A DNA stretch of 64,000 nt from Pseudomonadota bacterium (GTDB taxonomy: Bacteria; Pseudomonadota; Gammaproteobacteria; Pseudomonadales; Halomonadaceae), in the NCBI GenBank assembly GCA_051751285.1, contig JBNJKT010000010.1, positions 20,006 to 84,005 on the forward strand. The letters run 5' to 3'. A program made the position numbers and the translations under genes. Under the pieces are notes generated by a model. That model had not been told where the DNA came from and did no database searches. It saw only the letters and a program-made list of their open reading frames with translations. Below, in pieces: positions 42,508-52,223 of the stretch; position 1 is the first letter of the stretch, and each line of letters opens with the position of its first letter.

Positions 42508-43140
42508 ATGATCACCCGAGACGACCTCACTGGCCTGATCCTGGCCGGCGGCCAGGGACGCCGGATGGGCGGTCGCGACAAGGGGCTAGAATCCTTCGCG
42601 GGTCGTCCGCTGGTGGCTCATGTTCGCGAGCGCCTGGCAGGGCGTGTCGCTGAGGTGCTGATCAACGCCAATCGCAATGCCGAGGCCTATGCGCCGCTGG
42701 CCGACCGCGTGATCGTGGATGCCGAGGGCGGCTTCCAGGGCCCGCTGATGGGGATCTACAGCGGTTTGTGTGCCGCCAGGACGCCCTGGGTGCTGGTGGT
42801 GCCCTGTGACAGCCCGGCCTTGCCCCAGGATTTAGTGGATCGGATGGTGGTCGGTGTTGGCGAGGGCGATATTGCCGTGGCCTTCGACGGCGAGCGCCTC
42901 CATCCGGTGGTGGCGCTGATCCGCACCTCCCTCGCCGAGGACCTGGCGCTGGCCCTGGCCGACGGAGAACGCAAGATCGATCGCTGGTACGCCCGTCACG
43001 CCTGGTGTCGGGTGGACGTCAGCGATTGTCCCGATGCCTTCGCCAACCTCAATACCGACGACGACAAGCATCGGCTCGAGCGCGCCCTCAGTGGGGTGCC
43101 TTCAGCACCCGGAAGAGAGGAGCCAGCGGATTGGAAGTGA
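42508..43140 (+). CDS. mobA: molybdenum cofactor guanylyltransferase
   Basis: LTGLILAGGQGRRMGGRDKGL motif. The start is uncertain, with in-frame alternatives at 42460 and 42484. Confidence 0.8.
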   Translation: MITRDDLTGLILAGGQGRRMGGRDKGLESFAGRPLVAHVRERLAGRVAEVLINANRNAEAYAPLADRVIVDAEGGFQGPLMGIYSGLCAARTPWVLVVPCDSPALPQDLVDRMVVGVGEGDIAVAFDGERLHPVVALIRTSLAEDLALALADGERKIDRWYARHAWCRVDVSDCPDAFANLNTDDDKHRLERALSGVPSAPGREEPADWK

Positions 43141-43148
43141 CCGAACCC

Positions 43149-43745
43149 ATGAGCGATGGCGTACCCGAGTTCCTGTCGTTCGAAGAGGACCTGCCCCTGC
43201 TCGGCATTGCCGCCTGGAGCGGTACCGGCAAGACCACCCTGCTGGAGCAGCTGCTACCGCGCCTGGGCGAACGGGGGCTGCGCGTGGCGGTGATCAAGCA
43301 CGCCCACCACGCCTTCGACGTGGACCAGCCCGGCAAGGACAGCCATCGCCTGCGCCAGGCCGGCGCCTCGCCGATGCTGGTGGCGTCCCGTGCCCGGGTG
43401 GCGCTGATGATGGAAACGCCCGGGCGAGAGGAGGCCGACCTGGCCGAACTCATCGACATGGTGCGGCCCCAGCATCCCGACCTGGTGCTGGTGGAGGGCT
43501 TCAAGGCCTGGCCGCTGCCCAAGCTCGAGCTCTATCGTCCCGAGTTGGGCAAGTCGCTGCGCGTTGCCGAGGACCCCTGGGTGCGGGCCGTAGCCAGTGA
43601 CGCGAGTCTCGCGCTGCCCGCGGGCGTCGAGGCGCTGGACCTCAATGACCTCGAGGCCCTCAGTGACTGGATCGCGGCCTGGCCCGCCCGCTGGCCGGCC
43701 AGCCAACGGCCTCGCGAGCGCAAGCGTGAGGCGTCCGCGCCATGA
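43149..43745 (+). CDS. mobB: molybdopterin-guanine dinucleotide biosynthesis adapter protein
   Basis: LLGIAAWSGTGKTTLLEQLLP P-loop and VIKHAHH. Confidence 0.85.
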   Translation: MSDGVPEFLSFEEDLPLLGIAAWSGTGKTTLLEQLLPRLGERGLRVAVIKHAHHAFDVDQPGKDSHRLRQAGASPMLVASRARVALMMETPGREEADLAELIDMVRPQHPDLVLVEGFKAWPLPKLELYRPELGKSLRVAEDPWVRAVASDASLALPAGVEALDLNDLEALSDWIAAWPARWPASQRPRERKREASAP

Positions 43746-44995
43746 CGCTCTCCTGCTTTGATCTCGGCGAGCGCATGCTCCCGGTGTCGGAGGCACGCGC
43801 ACGCCTCGCCAGCCTTGTCGAAGCGCCACTGCCCGCTGAGCACGTGGCGTTGGCCGAGCTCTACGGCCGGGTACTGGCCGAGGCTCTCGTCTCGCCCATC
43901 GACGTACCCCAGAACACCAACGCCGCCATGGATGGCATCGCCCTCGCCTGGCCTCTTGCTGGGGTATTGCCCGGCGAGTGGCGAGTGGTGGGTGAGGTGC
44001 TTGCCGGCTGGTGCCTTGATGAGACGCTACGGGCTGGTGAGTGTGTTCGCATCACCACCGGGGCCCCCCTGCCGCCGGGGGCCGACACCGTGATCATGCT
44101 CGAACAGCTCGAGGAGCAAGGCGAAACGGTGGTGGTGCGCCAACCCGAGCGCGTCAGGCCTGGCCAGAATGTACGCCGGGCCGGCGAGGACATCTCCCGG
44201 GGCCAGACGGCGCTGCACGCCGGTACTCGGCTGGGCGCCGCCGAACTTGGCCTGCTGGCCTCGCTGGGCCTGCCCGAAGCCAAGGTGCACCGACGCCCGC
44301 GGGTGGCGATCTTCTCCACGGGAGACGAGGTCACGTCGCCCGGTGAGCCGCTGCCACCGGCGGGCATCTTTGATGCCAACCGCTACAGCCTGACCGGCCT
44401 GCTGGCCGAGCAGGGCGTCGAGCTGATCGACCTTGGCATCCTTCCCGATGACCGCGACGCCATGATTGTCGCCCTGAGCGATGCCGCCGGGCATGCCGAC
44501 ATGGTAATCACCAGCGGCGGCGTGTCCGTGGGGCACGCCGACTTCACCCGGGCTGCCTTGGAATCTGTGGGCCGCCTGGCGTTCTGGCGGATCGCCATCC
44601 GCCCCGGGCGCCCCCTGGCCTGCGGCCTGCTGGGCGAGCGGAGCGTGCCCTTCCTGGGATTGCCCGGCAACCCCGTGGCGGTCATGGTGACTTTCCTGCA
44701 ATTCGTGGTGCCGCTGCTGTCCAAGCTGCAGGGCAGGCCGGCATGCGAGCCCGAGCGGCTGATCGCCATCACCGACGAAGCCCTGAAGAGCCGCCCTGGG
44801 CGCACCGACTACCTGCGCGGTCGCTATTACGCTGATGCCGATGGCCGCCTGCACGTAGGCAGCACCGGGGCCCAGGGATCCGGGATCCTCTCCTCGATGG
44901 TGGCAGCCAACTGCCTGATCGAGCTCACCGACGACCTCGAGGGAGCTACCCTGGGTGAAACAGTGAGCATCCAACCCCTTCATCGACTGCCATGA
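43742..44995 (+). CDS. moeA: molybdopterin molybdotransferase
   Basis: MoeA-like over 417 aa ([20 protein letters not shown]), with a 4-nt overlap with mobB. Confidence 0.9.
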   Translation: MTLSCFDLGERMLPVSEARARLASLVEAPLPAEHVALAELYGRVLAEALVSPIDVPQNTNAAMDGIALAWPLAGVLPGEWRVVGEVLAGWCLDETLRAGECVRITTGAPLPPGADTVIMLEQLEEQGETVVVRQPERVRPGQNVRRAGEDISRGQTALHAGTRLGAAELGLLASLGLPEAKVHRRPRVAIFSTGDEVTSPGEPLPPAGIFDANRYSLTGLLAEQGVELIDLGILPDDRDAMIVALSDAAGHADMVITSGGVSVGHADFTRAALESVGRLAFWRIAIRPGRPLACGLLGERSVPFLGLPGNPVAVMVTFLQFVVPLLSKLQGRPACEPERLIAITDEALKSRPGRTDYLRGRYYADADGRLHVGSTGAQGSGILSSMVAANCLIELTDDLEGATLGETVSIQPLHRLP

Positions 44996-45008
44996 GACGC
45001 TGACTCCC

Positions 45009-45869
45009 ATGCCTCTGACCAACCAGCCCCTGACCCATCTCAATGCGCGCGGCGAGGCCCATATGGTCGACATCGCCGACAAGCCGGAGAGCTGCCGAGA
45101 GGCCGCTGCCTCGGGCTTCATCCGTATGCAGCCGGAGACCCTGGCGCTGCTCGCCGAGGGTGGTCTGCCCAAGGGCGACGTACTGGCCACGGCGCGTATT
45201 GCCGGCATCCAGGCCGCCAAGCGCACCCATGAACTGATTCCGCTCTGCCATGCCCTGGCGCTGTCCAAGGTTGCCATCGACTTCGACGTCGACGAGGCCG
45301 AGTCCTGTGTACACGTCATCGCCACCTGCCGCCTCACCGGGCGAACCGGGGTGGAGATGGAAGCGTTGACCGCCGTTTCGGTGGCCTGTCTGACCCTCTA
45401 CGACATGTGCAAGGCGGTGGACAAGGAGATGGAGATTGGCGGTATCCATCTCGATACCAAGACAGGCGGCAAGTCCGGCGACTATCGGCGTGACGAAGCC
45501 TGGGCATCGCGAGCGGTGGCGCCCTCCATCATCGAGTCCGCCCCGTCACCGATCGTCACCGGCGAGGGGGTATCCGGCGAGGTATCGGTGGGGCAGCGCT
45601 GCGACATTGCCGCTCCCTGCCTGCGCGTCAAGTGCCTGGCCGAATTGCGCGAGCGACTCGGGGTCGGCGATGTCTCGGTCCCCATCGAGCGTCTGCCCAG
45701 TTCCGATGTGGCGGGGCTCAAGACGGCCCTCAAGGCGCTCGATGCCCGTTTTGAAGGCCTCGACCAGGGGCGCGTCCTGTGTGCCGTCAATCAGGTGATG
45801 GCCAGCGATGCCACGCCGCTGACCGATAACGACGAAGTGGCCTTCTTTCCCCCCGTGACCGGAGGCTGA
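45009..45869 (+). CDS. moaC: cyclic pyranopterin monophosphate synthase MoaC fused in-frame to molybdopterin synthase sulfur carrier MoaD
   Basis: The N-terminal ~160 aa are MoaC ([18 protein letters not shown].., GGKSGDY). The C-terminal ~80 aa are MoaD, ending in [12 protein letters not shown]. No stop codon lies between them. Confidence 0.85.
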   Translation: MPLTNQPLTHLNARGEAHMVDIADKPESCREAAASGFIRMQPETLALLAEGGLPKGDVLATARIAGIQAAKRTHELIPLCHALALSKVAIDFDVDEAESCVHVIATCRLTGRTGVEMEALTAVSVACLTLYDMCKAVDKEMEIGGIHLDTKTGGKSGDYRRDEAWASRAVAPSIIESAPSPIVTGEGVSGEVSVGQRCDIAAPCLRVKCLAELRERLGVGDVSVPIERLPSSDVAGLKTALKALDARFEGLDQGRVLCAVNQVMASDATPLTDNDEVAFFPPVTGG

Positions 45870-45872
45870 ACG

Positions 45873-46328
45873 ATGATTCGCGTGCAGGAAGGCGCCTTCG
45901 ATGCCGGCGTTGAGCAGCGAGCCTTGCTCGAGGGGCGCAGCGACATTGGCGCAGTGGTGAGCTTCACCGGCCTGGTGCGTGACTTCAACGAGCGCCCCGA
46001 GGTTCACGCCTTGACCCTGGAGCATTATCCGGGGATGACCGAAGCGGCCCTGGGCGAGATCGTCGAGCAGGCGAGGTCTCGCTGGGTGCTTCAGGGCGTG
46101 ACCGTGATCCATCGGATTGGACGCCTCGACCCCGCAGACCCTATCGTGTTGGTAGTGGTCGCCAGCGCTCATCGACGCGCCGCCTTCGATGCCTGCGATT
46201 TCATCATGGATTACCTCAAGACCCGCGCGCCTTTCTGGAAGAAGGAGCACACTGCCAGCGGGGACTACTGGGTTTCAGAACGCGACGGCGATCATCAGGA
46301 TGCCCGTCGCTGGGAGATGTCTACATGA
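45873..46328 (+). CDS. moaE: molybdopterin synthase catalytic subunit
   Basis: MoaE-like, 151 aa ([12 protein letters not shown].., APFWKKE). Confidence 0.9.
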   Translation: MIRVQEGAFDAGVEQRALLEGRSDIGAVVSFTGLVRDFNERPEVHALTLEHYPGMTEAALGEIVEQARSRWVLQGVTVIHRIGRLDPADPIVLVVVASAHRRAAFDACDFIMDYLKTRAPFWKKEHTASGDYWVSERDGDHQDARRWEMST

Positions 46329-47317
46329 CCGACGAGCTGATCGACGACTTCGGCAGGCGGGTGCGCTACGTGCGCATTTCGGTCACTGATCGCTGCGATT
46401 TTCGCTGTGTCTACTGCATGAGCGAGGAGATGACCTTCCTGCCGCGCGCCCAGGTGCTGACCCTGGAGGAGTTGGCGATGGTCGCCCGGGCCTTTACCGA
46501 AATGGGGGTGGAGAAGATCCGCCTGACCGGGGGCGAACCCCTGGTGCGGCGCGATATCGATCACCTGGTCGATGATATCGGGGCGCTGCCGGGACTCAAG
46601 GACTTTGCCATGACCACCAACGGTGCGAGCCTGCCCAAGTTCGCCGGGCGTCTGCGCGAGGGCGGCCTGCAGCGACTCAATATCAGCCTCGACTCCCTGG
46701 ACCCCGAGCGCTTTCGCCGGCTCACTCGTACCGGTGACCTGCACAAGGTCATCGATGGCATTCGTGCCGCTCGTGATGCCGGTTTCGAGCGTATCAAGCT
46801 CAACGCCGTCATCCTCAAGGGTCGCAATGATGACGAGGTGGTCGACCTCGTCGATTTCGCCCGCGATGAGGGGCTCGACATCAGCTTCATCGAGGAGATG
46901 CCGCTGGGCGATGTGTCGGACCACTCGCGTGCCGAGACCTTCTGTTCCAGCGACGAGGTCCAGGCGCGTATCGAGACACGTCACACCCTGATTCCCACCA
47001 CCGAATCGACCCTCGGCCCGTCGCGCTACTTCAAGATGCCCGACAGTGAGTCTCGCGTTGGCTTCATCTCTCCCCACAGCCACAACTTCTGCGACACCTG
47101 TAACCGGGTTCGGGTCACCGTGGAAGGGCGCCTGCTGCTGTGCCTCGGCAATGAGCACTCCGTGGACCTGCGCGCCGTTCTGCGTCGCCACCCCGGCGAT
47201 ATGGATGCGCTCAAGCACGCCATCGTGCGTGCCATGCCGCTCAAGCCAGAGCGTCATTACTTCACCACGGACGGTGACGTCCAGGTGGTGCGCTTCATGA
47301 ACATGACCGGCGGCTAA
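46325..47317 (+). CDS. moaA: GTP 3',8-cyclase (radical SAM)
   Basis: CDFRCVYCM radical-SAM cluster motif and a C-terminal [10 protein letters not shown]. Confidence 0.95.
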   Translation: MTDELIDDFGRRVRYVRISVTDRCDFRCVYCMSEEMTFLPRAQVLTLEELAMVARAFTEMGVEKIRLTGGEPLVRRDIDHLVDDIGALPGLKDFAMTTNGASLPKFAGRLREGGLQRLNISLDSLDPERFRRLTRTGDLHKVIDGIRAARDAGFERIKLNAVILKGRNDDEVVDLVDFARDEGLDISFIEEMPLGDVSDHSRAETFCSSDEVQARIETRHTLIPTTESTLGPSRYFKMPDSESRVGFISPHSHNFCDTCNRVRVTVEGRLLLCLGNEHSVDLRAVLRRHPGDMDALKHAIVRAMPLKPERHYFTTDGDVQVVRFMNMTGG

Positions 47318-47357
47318 GCCGACACTATCGCTTGGCCGAGGCCGGCATCATGACATG

Positions 47358-47390
47358 GCGGGCGACATCTTGATGTCGCCCGCTATTTTT
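47358..47390 (+). terminator. rho-independent terminator of the moa operon
   Basis: GCGGGCGACATC / GATGTCGCCCGC stem followed by TATTTTT. Confidence 0.75.
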
Positions 47391-47578
47391 GTAGGCATAA
47401 GAAATCCTGCCCTGACACGGCGTTTCCCGCACGATTGCCTGGTTCAGGTGGCGTGAATCTTTCCTGTCTTTGTGCCACTTTTTCCCGCTGCTTTTCTTGC
47501 CAATATGGCGCAATTGCATATACTTTTGACGTGTCATTACGCAATACAACCGTCCAACATTCGGCATGGAGACCGCTA

Positions 47579-47869
47579 ATGTCCAGCGAATCCCTGGAGC
47601 GCATCGCCCGCAACAAGAACGTGGCCCGTGCCGCGGCACGCCAGTTGAGCATGGAGCAGCTTCGTAAGCTGGCCGAGGTCATCGGTGAAGTGATCGATCA
47701 GAAGAGGGACGAGGAAGTACAGCGCCAGGAAGAGGAAGCCGATAAAGCCAGAAAACTCGCCGAGATCCGTGAGCAGATCAACGAAGCCGGCCTCTCCCTG
47801 GATGATCTGGTAACCGAACAGCCCAAGCGCAAGCGCGGTCGTCCGCCGAAGAACGCCAACAAGGGTTGA
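47579..47869 (+). CDS. small H-NS-like protein: H-NS N-terminal oligomerisation domain plus C-terminal AT-hook
   Basis: 96 aa. LERIARNKNVARAAARQLSMEQLRKLAEVIGEVIDQKRDEE..ARKLAEIREQINEAGLSLDDL parallels H-NS residues ~5-80. The protein ends in KRKRGRPPKNANKG. GGAG lies 8 nt upstream of the ATG, and the upstream region is AT-rich. Confidence 0.7.
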   Translation: MSSESLERIARNKNVARAAARQLSMEQLRKLAEVIGEVIDQKRDEEVQRQEEEADKARKLAEIREQINEAGLSLDDLVTEQPKRKRGRPPKNANKG

Positions 47870-47892
47870 GGCATTTTTTGCCTCACCGCAGT

Positions 47893-47975
47893 GGGCGTGA
47901 AAACGGAGGGGATTTTGCGTAGGCCGGATAAGCCAAAGGCGCATCCGGCGTGACGATTGCGCCCTTTTCACGCCC
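47893..47975. repeat. nested hairpin element containing an enterobacterial-REP-like core
   Basis: The outer arms are GGGCGTGAAAA and the imperfect complement CTTTTCACGCCC. The inner core is GTAGGCCGGATAAGCCAAAGGCGCATCCGGC. Confidence 0.5.
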
Positions 47976-48067
47976 GATGCGCTAGCGCTTACCGGGCCTG
48001 AGGGGACTGGGTGGCCAGTCGGTGTCGTGCGATGAACCATCACGCCAGTCGGTGTGAAGAATTCGCT

Positions 48068-49795
48068 CTACTTCTCCAGCATCTCCGCTTCCACCGCCAG
48101 AATCTGCAGGTGTACCTCGGGCACCCGGTGCAGATGATCGGCGAGCCAGCCGAGCAGCCTGGGCTGCAGTGCCAGGCGCAATTCTGCCAGGGAATCCACC
48201 TCGATCCTGTCGAGGCAGTCATCCAGCCAGTCGGCAAAGGCGGTCTCGTCCATCGGGCTCGCCTGACTGGTATCGAGCATCAGCCTTCCGATACGGGTCC
48301 AGCCGGAGTCGGTGGCGGCCACCGAAATGGCCAGATACAGGCTCCCATGGCGTGAACGGTTGACGCCGTCGCCACTCCCCAGGCCGGGCAGGGCGGAGAC
48401 CGCATCCTGGCTGACGATGTGCGGCTGCTGGGGGTGACGCGCCTCCAGGGAAAGCCCCTCGGCATCCAGGCGAATCAGGTCACCATTCGTCGGCGCCAGT
48501 GGCGCTCGGATGCCGAGGGATTCGGCCAGTTCCCGATGGGCTTGCTGGTGGCGAGGCTCACCATGCACCGGCAGCAGGTGGCGTGGCCTTACCCAGCCGT
48601 AGAAGGTGCGCAATTCATCCTGGGCCGGGTGGCCCGAGGCGTGCAGTTCGGGGTGATTCTCGTCGTCGAGGATGGTCACGCAGAAGTGCTTGAGTCCCCG
48701 CTTGAGGCGGTCGATCAACCGTTCGTTGCCGGGAATGGCCTTGGCAGAGAAGATGACCGTGTCGCCGGCCATCAGCTCGAAATGGGCGTGGCGCCCCCGG
48801 GAGAGGCGTGAAAGCGCAGCGCGCGGTTCGCCCTGGCTACCGGTGGCGATCACCAGGACTTCCTCGGGAGGCAGGTAGCCAAGGTCGGTCACCGGCACCA
48901 GGGGTGGCAGGTCGTCCAGGTAACCAAGCCCGCGGGCCACGCCCACCATGCGTTCCATAGAGCGGCCCATCAGGCTGACGCGGCGCCCGCAGCGCTCGGC
49001 CGCGCGGCCGATGGCCAGGACCCGTGCCAGGTTGCTGGCAAAGCAGCTCACCACCACCCGCCCCTCACAACGGGCGATGGTGTGTGTCAGCGCCTCGGCG
49101 ACCTCGCCCTCGCTGCGCGAATGACCGGCTATCGGCGCGTTGGTGGAATCGCCCACCACCAGATCCACGGGGGCGATGGCGCGAAAGGTCTCGGCCGAGA
49201 TCGGGGAACCGATCAGCGGCTCGGGATCGAGCTTCCAGTCGCCGGTGTGCAGCACGCGATGGGCGCCGGCGGCAATCAACAGCGCACAGCTCTCCGGAAT
49301 CGAGTGGGTCAACGGCAGGTAGCGCAGCGTGAAGGGCCCGGTTTCCAGGGCTTCGCCTGGCTCGATGACCTGAATGGCGTCGGTGGCCAGGCCACGCTCG
49401 GCGAACTTGGCTCTCAGCAAACCGGCGGCCAGCGGCGTGGCGTGGATCGGGCAGCCCCACCTGGGCCAAAGCCAGGCGGCGGCGCCGATATGATCCTCGT
49501 GGCCGTGGGTGATGATCAGCGCTCGGGGCCGGATCGACAACGTTTCCAGGCTGGAGAGATCCGGCACCTGGAGGGGGTTGTCCGGCAGATCCTGGCGGAT
49601 CGTCATGCCGCAGTCCACCGCGATCCATTCATCTCCTTGGCCGCGCTCCCCATGTCCATAGAGGCTGAGGTTCATGCCGATCTCGCCGCAGCCGCCCAGC
49701 GGCAGGAAATACAGGGGAGGGCGGCGGCGAGGACGAATCTGGACGCGTGGCTGTGGCATCGAGGAAGGGGCGGGCCTGGAAATATGTGACAACAC
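48068..49795 (-). CDS. rnj: ribonuclease J-type metallo-beta-lactamase/beta-CASP RNase
   Basis: LGGCGEIGMNL, ITHGHEDHIGA and a beta-CASP region. The start is uncertain (GTG at 49795 or ATG at 49759). Confidence 0.78.
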   Translation of the reverse strand: MLSHISRPAPSSMPQPRVQIRPRRRPPLYFLPLGGCGEIGMNLSLYGHGERGQGDEWIAVDCGMTIRQDLPDNPLQVPDLSSLETLSIRPRALIITHGHEDHIGAAAWLWPRWGCPIHATPLAAGLLRAKFAERGLATDAIQVIEPGEALETGPFTLRYLPLTHSIPESCALLIAAGAHRVLHTGDWKLDPEPLIGSPISAETFRAIAPVDLVVGDSTNAPIAGHSRSEGEVAEALTHTIARCEGRVVVSCFASNLARVLAIGRAAERCGRRVSLMGRSMERMVGVARGLGYLDDLPPLVPVTDLGYLPPEEVLVIATGSQGEPRAALSRLSRGRHAHFELMAGDTVIFSAKAIPGNERLIDRLKRGLKHFCVTILDDENHPELHASGHPAQDELRTFYGWVRPRHLLPVHGEPRHQQAHRELAESLGIRAPLAPTNGDLIRLDAEGLSLEARHPQQPHIVSQDAVSALPGLGSGDGVNRSRHGSLYLAISVAATDSGWTRIGRLMLDTSQASPMDETAFADWLDDCLDRIEVDSLAELRLALQPRLLGWLADHLHRVPEVHLQILAVEAEMLEK

Positions 49796-49844
49796 TATAC
49801 GGGAAGCCCGCCGGGCCCCACAACGCGGCCGTAAGCCATTCGGC

Positions 49845-50606
49845 TCAGGTCGGAGTGTCCAGCGCGACCTGGGTCGCCAGTACCTTGCGCAGGAAGTCCC
49901 GGGTGCGGGGATCCTGCGGTGAACCGAAGAGCTGGCCGGGGGGCCCCTGTTCGACGATGCGACCGCCTTCCATGAAGATCACCCGGTCTGCCACGTCCCG
50001 GGCGAAGCTCATCTCGTGGGTGACCACCAGCATGGTCTGGCGCTCCCGGGCCAACTGCTTCATCAGGCCCAGCACCTCCTCGACCCATTCCGGGTCCAGC
50101 GAGGAGGTCGGCTCGTCGAAGAGGATCACCTCGGCCTTGGCCGCCATGGCGCGGCCTATGCCCACCCTCTGCTGCTGGCCGCCGGACAGGGAGGCGGGGT
50201 AGGCATCGGCCTTGTCGGCCAGGCCGATGCGCTCCAGGATCTCCCTGGCCCGCGCATGGGCCTTCTCCTTGGGCCAGCGGTTGACGACGATCAGCCCCTC
50301 GGCGATGTTCTCCAGCGCCGTCTTGTTGGCGAACAGTGCGTAGTTCTGGAACACGAAAGCCGTGCGCCGACGAGCCGTCAGGATGTCGGACCGGCTGGCC
50401 TTGGCGACGTCGACATCCAGGTCGCCGATGGTCAGCTGGCCGGCATCCGGTCGCTCAAGGAAATTGAGGCAGCGCAGCAGCGTCGATTTGCCGGTTCCCG
50501 AGGGGCCGATGACCACGATGATCTCGCCCTGTTCGATGGCCAGGTCGATGCCATCGAGCACGGCGGTTCCGCCAAAGCGCTTGATGAGTCCCTTTACCTT
50601 GATCAT
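49845..50606 (-). CDS. polar amino acid ABC transporter ATP-binding protein
   Basis: MIKVKGLIKRFGG.., GPSGTGKST, LSGGQQQRVGIGRA. An ATGA overlap with the permease stop shows the long listed ORF is a run-on artefact. Confidence 0.9.
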   Translation of the reverse strand: MIKVKGLIKRFGGTAVLDGIDLAIEQGEIIVVIGPSGTGKSTLLRCLNFLERPDAGQLTIGDLDVDVAKASRSDILTARRRTAFVFQNYALFANKTALENIAEGLIVVNRWPKEKAHARAREILERIGLADKADAYPASLSGGQQQRVGIGRAMAAKAEVILFDEPTSSLDPEWVEEVLGLMKQLARERQTMLVVTHEMSFARDVADRVIFMEGGRIVEQGPPGQLFGSPQDPRTRDFLRKVLATQVALDTPT

Positions 50607-51277
50607 CGGCGGTACGCCTCGTTGAGTCGGGTTTCCAGGCCCCGCTGGAACCAGGCCAGCAACTCGACGATGATCCAGTAGAAGATCGCCACGGTGATGA
50701 AGGCCTCGAAGTAGAGGAAACTGCCGGCGGCCTCCTTCTGGGTGGCACCCATCAGTTCGGTGACGCCCAGTGTAAAGGCCAGGGAGGTCGCCTTGATCAT
50801 GTCGATGAAGTAGTTCATCAGCGTTGGCACTGCCACCCGCGTGGCCTGGGGCAGCACGATGCGCCGCATCAGCTGGCCGTTGGTCATGCCGATGGACAGC
50901 GCCGCCTCCGTCTGGCTCCGATCGACGCCGACGATGGCAGCACGGATGGATTCCGCCATGTAGGCCGAGAAGTGCAGCGTCAGTCCCATGATGGTGGCGG
51001 TAACGCCGTTGATCTGGGTCAGGAAGGCCAGCAGCTGCGGCAACCCGTAATAGAACAGGAAGAGCTGCACCAGCAGCGGCGTGCCGCGAAAGAAGGAGAT
51101 GAACAGCAGGGTGGCCGCATTCAGCCCCGGGATGCGCAGCACACGAATCACGGCCAGGCCGCAGGCCAGAACCAGGGCCAGCGCCATGCCCACGGCGGCC
51201 ATCTGCAGGGTCAGCGGCAGGTAGCGCAGCAGGACGGGCACCAGCCCCAGCATGTAATCGAAATCGAGCACTTGCAT
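50603..51277 (-). CDS. polar amino acid ABC transporter permease
   Basis: HisM/YecS-type, 224 aa. Confidence 0.88.
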   Translation of the reverse strand: MQVLDFDYMLGLVPVLLRYLPLTLQMAAVGMALALVLACGLAVIRVLRIPGLNAATLLFISFFRGTPLLVQLFLFYYGLPQLLAFLTQINGVTATIMGLTLHFSAYMAESIRAAIVGVDRSQTEAALSIGMTNGQLMRRIVLPQATRVAVPTLMNYFIDMIKATSLAFTLGVTELMGATQKEAAGSFLYFEAFITVAIFYWIIVELLAWFQRGLETRLNEAYRR

Positions 51278-51294
51278 GGCAGCGACTCAGCCCC

Positions 51295-52053
51295 TCAGGG
51301 GCGAGTGATATCGGTGCCGAACCACTCTTCCGAGATCGCCTGCAACTCGCCCGACTCGCGCAGGCTGTCCAGAGCATTATCGACGCGGTCACGCAGGGCG
51401 CGATCCTCCTCGGTGTCCCGGAAGGGCAGGGCATTGCGAATCTTGGAGAACGGCTGGCCGGCCAGCGCAAGGGGTAGCGGCTTCTCCTTGATCACCTGGC
51501 TGGCACTCACCCGGTCCATGACGAAGGCATCGACGCGGCCCAGGGCGGTGTCCTGCTCGATGTTGCTCTCGTAGGTCTTGATGTCGATCTGGTCGGCGTA
51601 GGGCAGTTCGCGCAGCAGCTCCTCATAGTTGGAGCCGAGATTGACGGCCACCGTCCTGCCCTTGAGGTCCTCGACGCCCTGGATCTCCTCGTTGCCTTCC
51701 CGAACCACGACCTGGGCGCCGTCATAGACATAGGGCTCGGTGAAGGCGTACTTGGCGGCCCGCTCCTCGGTGATGGTGATCTGGTTGGCGATGGTGTCGA
51801 TCCGGCCGGATTCGAGCATGCCGAACAGGCCCGAGAAGTTCGCCGTGACGAACTCGACCTCGACGTCCAGCTCTTCGGCCACCGCCTCCATGACATCCAC
51901 CTCGAAGCCCTGGAGCTTGTCCTGCTCGACGAAGGTGAAGGGGAAGTAGCCACCGGACATGCCGACCTTGATCGCGTGATCGTCGGCCTGGGCCAGGCTG
52001 CCGGCGGTCATCAGGCCTGCGGCCAGAGTGGTCAAGGCAATGCGCTTGAGCAT
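51295..52053 (-). CDS. amino acid ABC transporter substrate-binding protein (cystine-binding FliY/TcyJ-like)
   Basis: Signal peptide. RIDTIANQITITEERAAKYAFTEPYVYDG resembles E. coli FliY. Confidence 0.82.
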   Translation of the reverse strand: MLKRIALTTLAAGLMTAGSLAQADDHAIKVGMSGGYFPFTFVEQDKLQGFEVDVMEAVAEELDVEVEFVTANFSGLFGMLESGRIDTIANQITITEERAAKYAFTEPYVYDGAQVVVREGNEEIQGVEDLKGRTVAVNLGSNYEELLRELPYADQIDIKTYESNIEQDTALGRVDAFVMDRVSASQVIKEKPLPLALAGQPFSKIRNALPFRDTEEDRALRDRVDNALDSLRESGELQAISEEWFGTDITRP

Positions 52054-52223
52054 GGGATTGCTCCTGTGTATTGGCGGGAACTAGAAAATTGGCACGGCGT
52101 GCCTGTCACTCATGGGAAAATACACTAAAGAATAAGGAAGGGTTTTTCCAATAGCCTTTGGTTATTAGGTGTATGGTGTCAAGCCGGCTATCCGTTCCGC
52201 GGCGGCTTTCCTGCAAGGCCCGG

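Noticed and set aside
44027-45337. 436-aa minus-strand ORF opposite moeA/moaC
   Set aside because: It is an antisense artefact.
50607-51470. N-terminal 288 aa of the listed 541-aa ORF 49845-51470
   Set aside because: This is a run-on in the absence of a stop codon. The true ATPase starts at MIKVKGLIKRF (50606), with an ATGA overlap to the permease, which is encoded in another frame over the same DNA.
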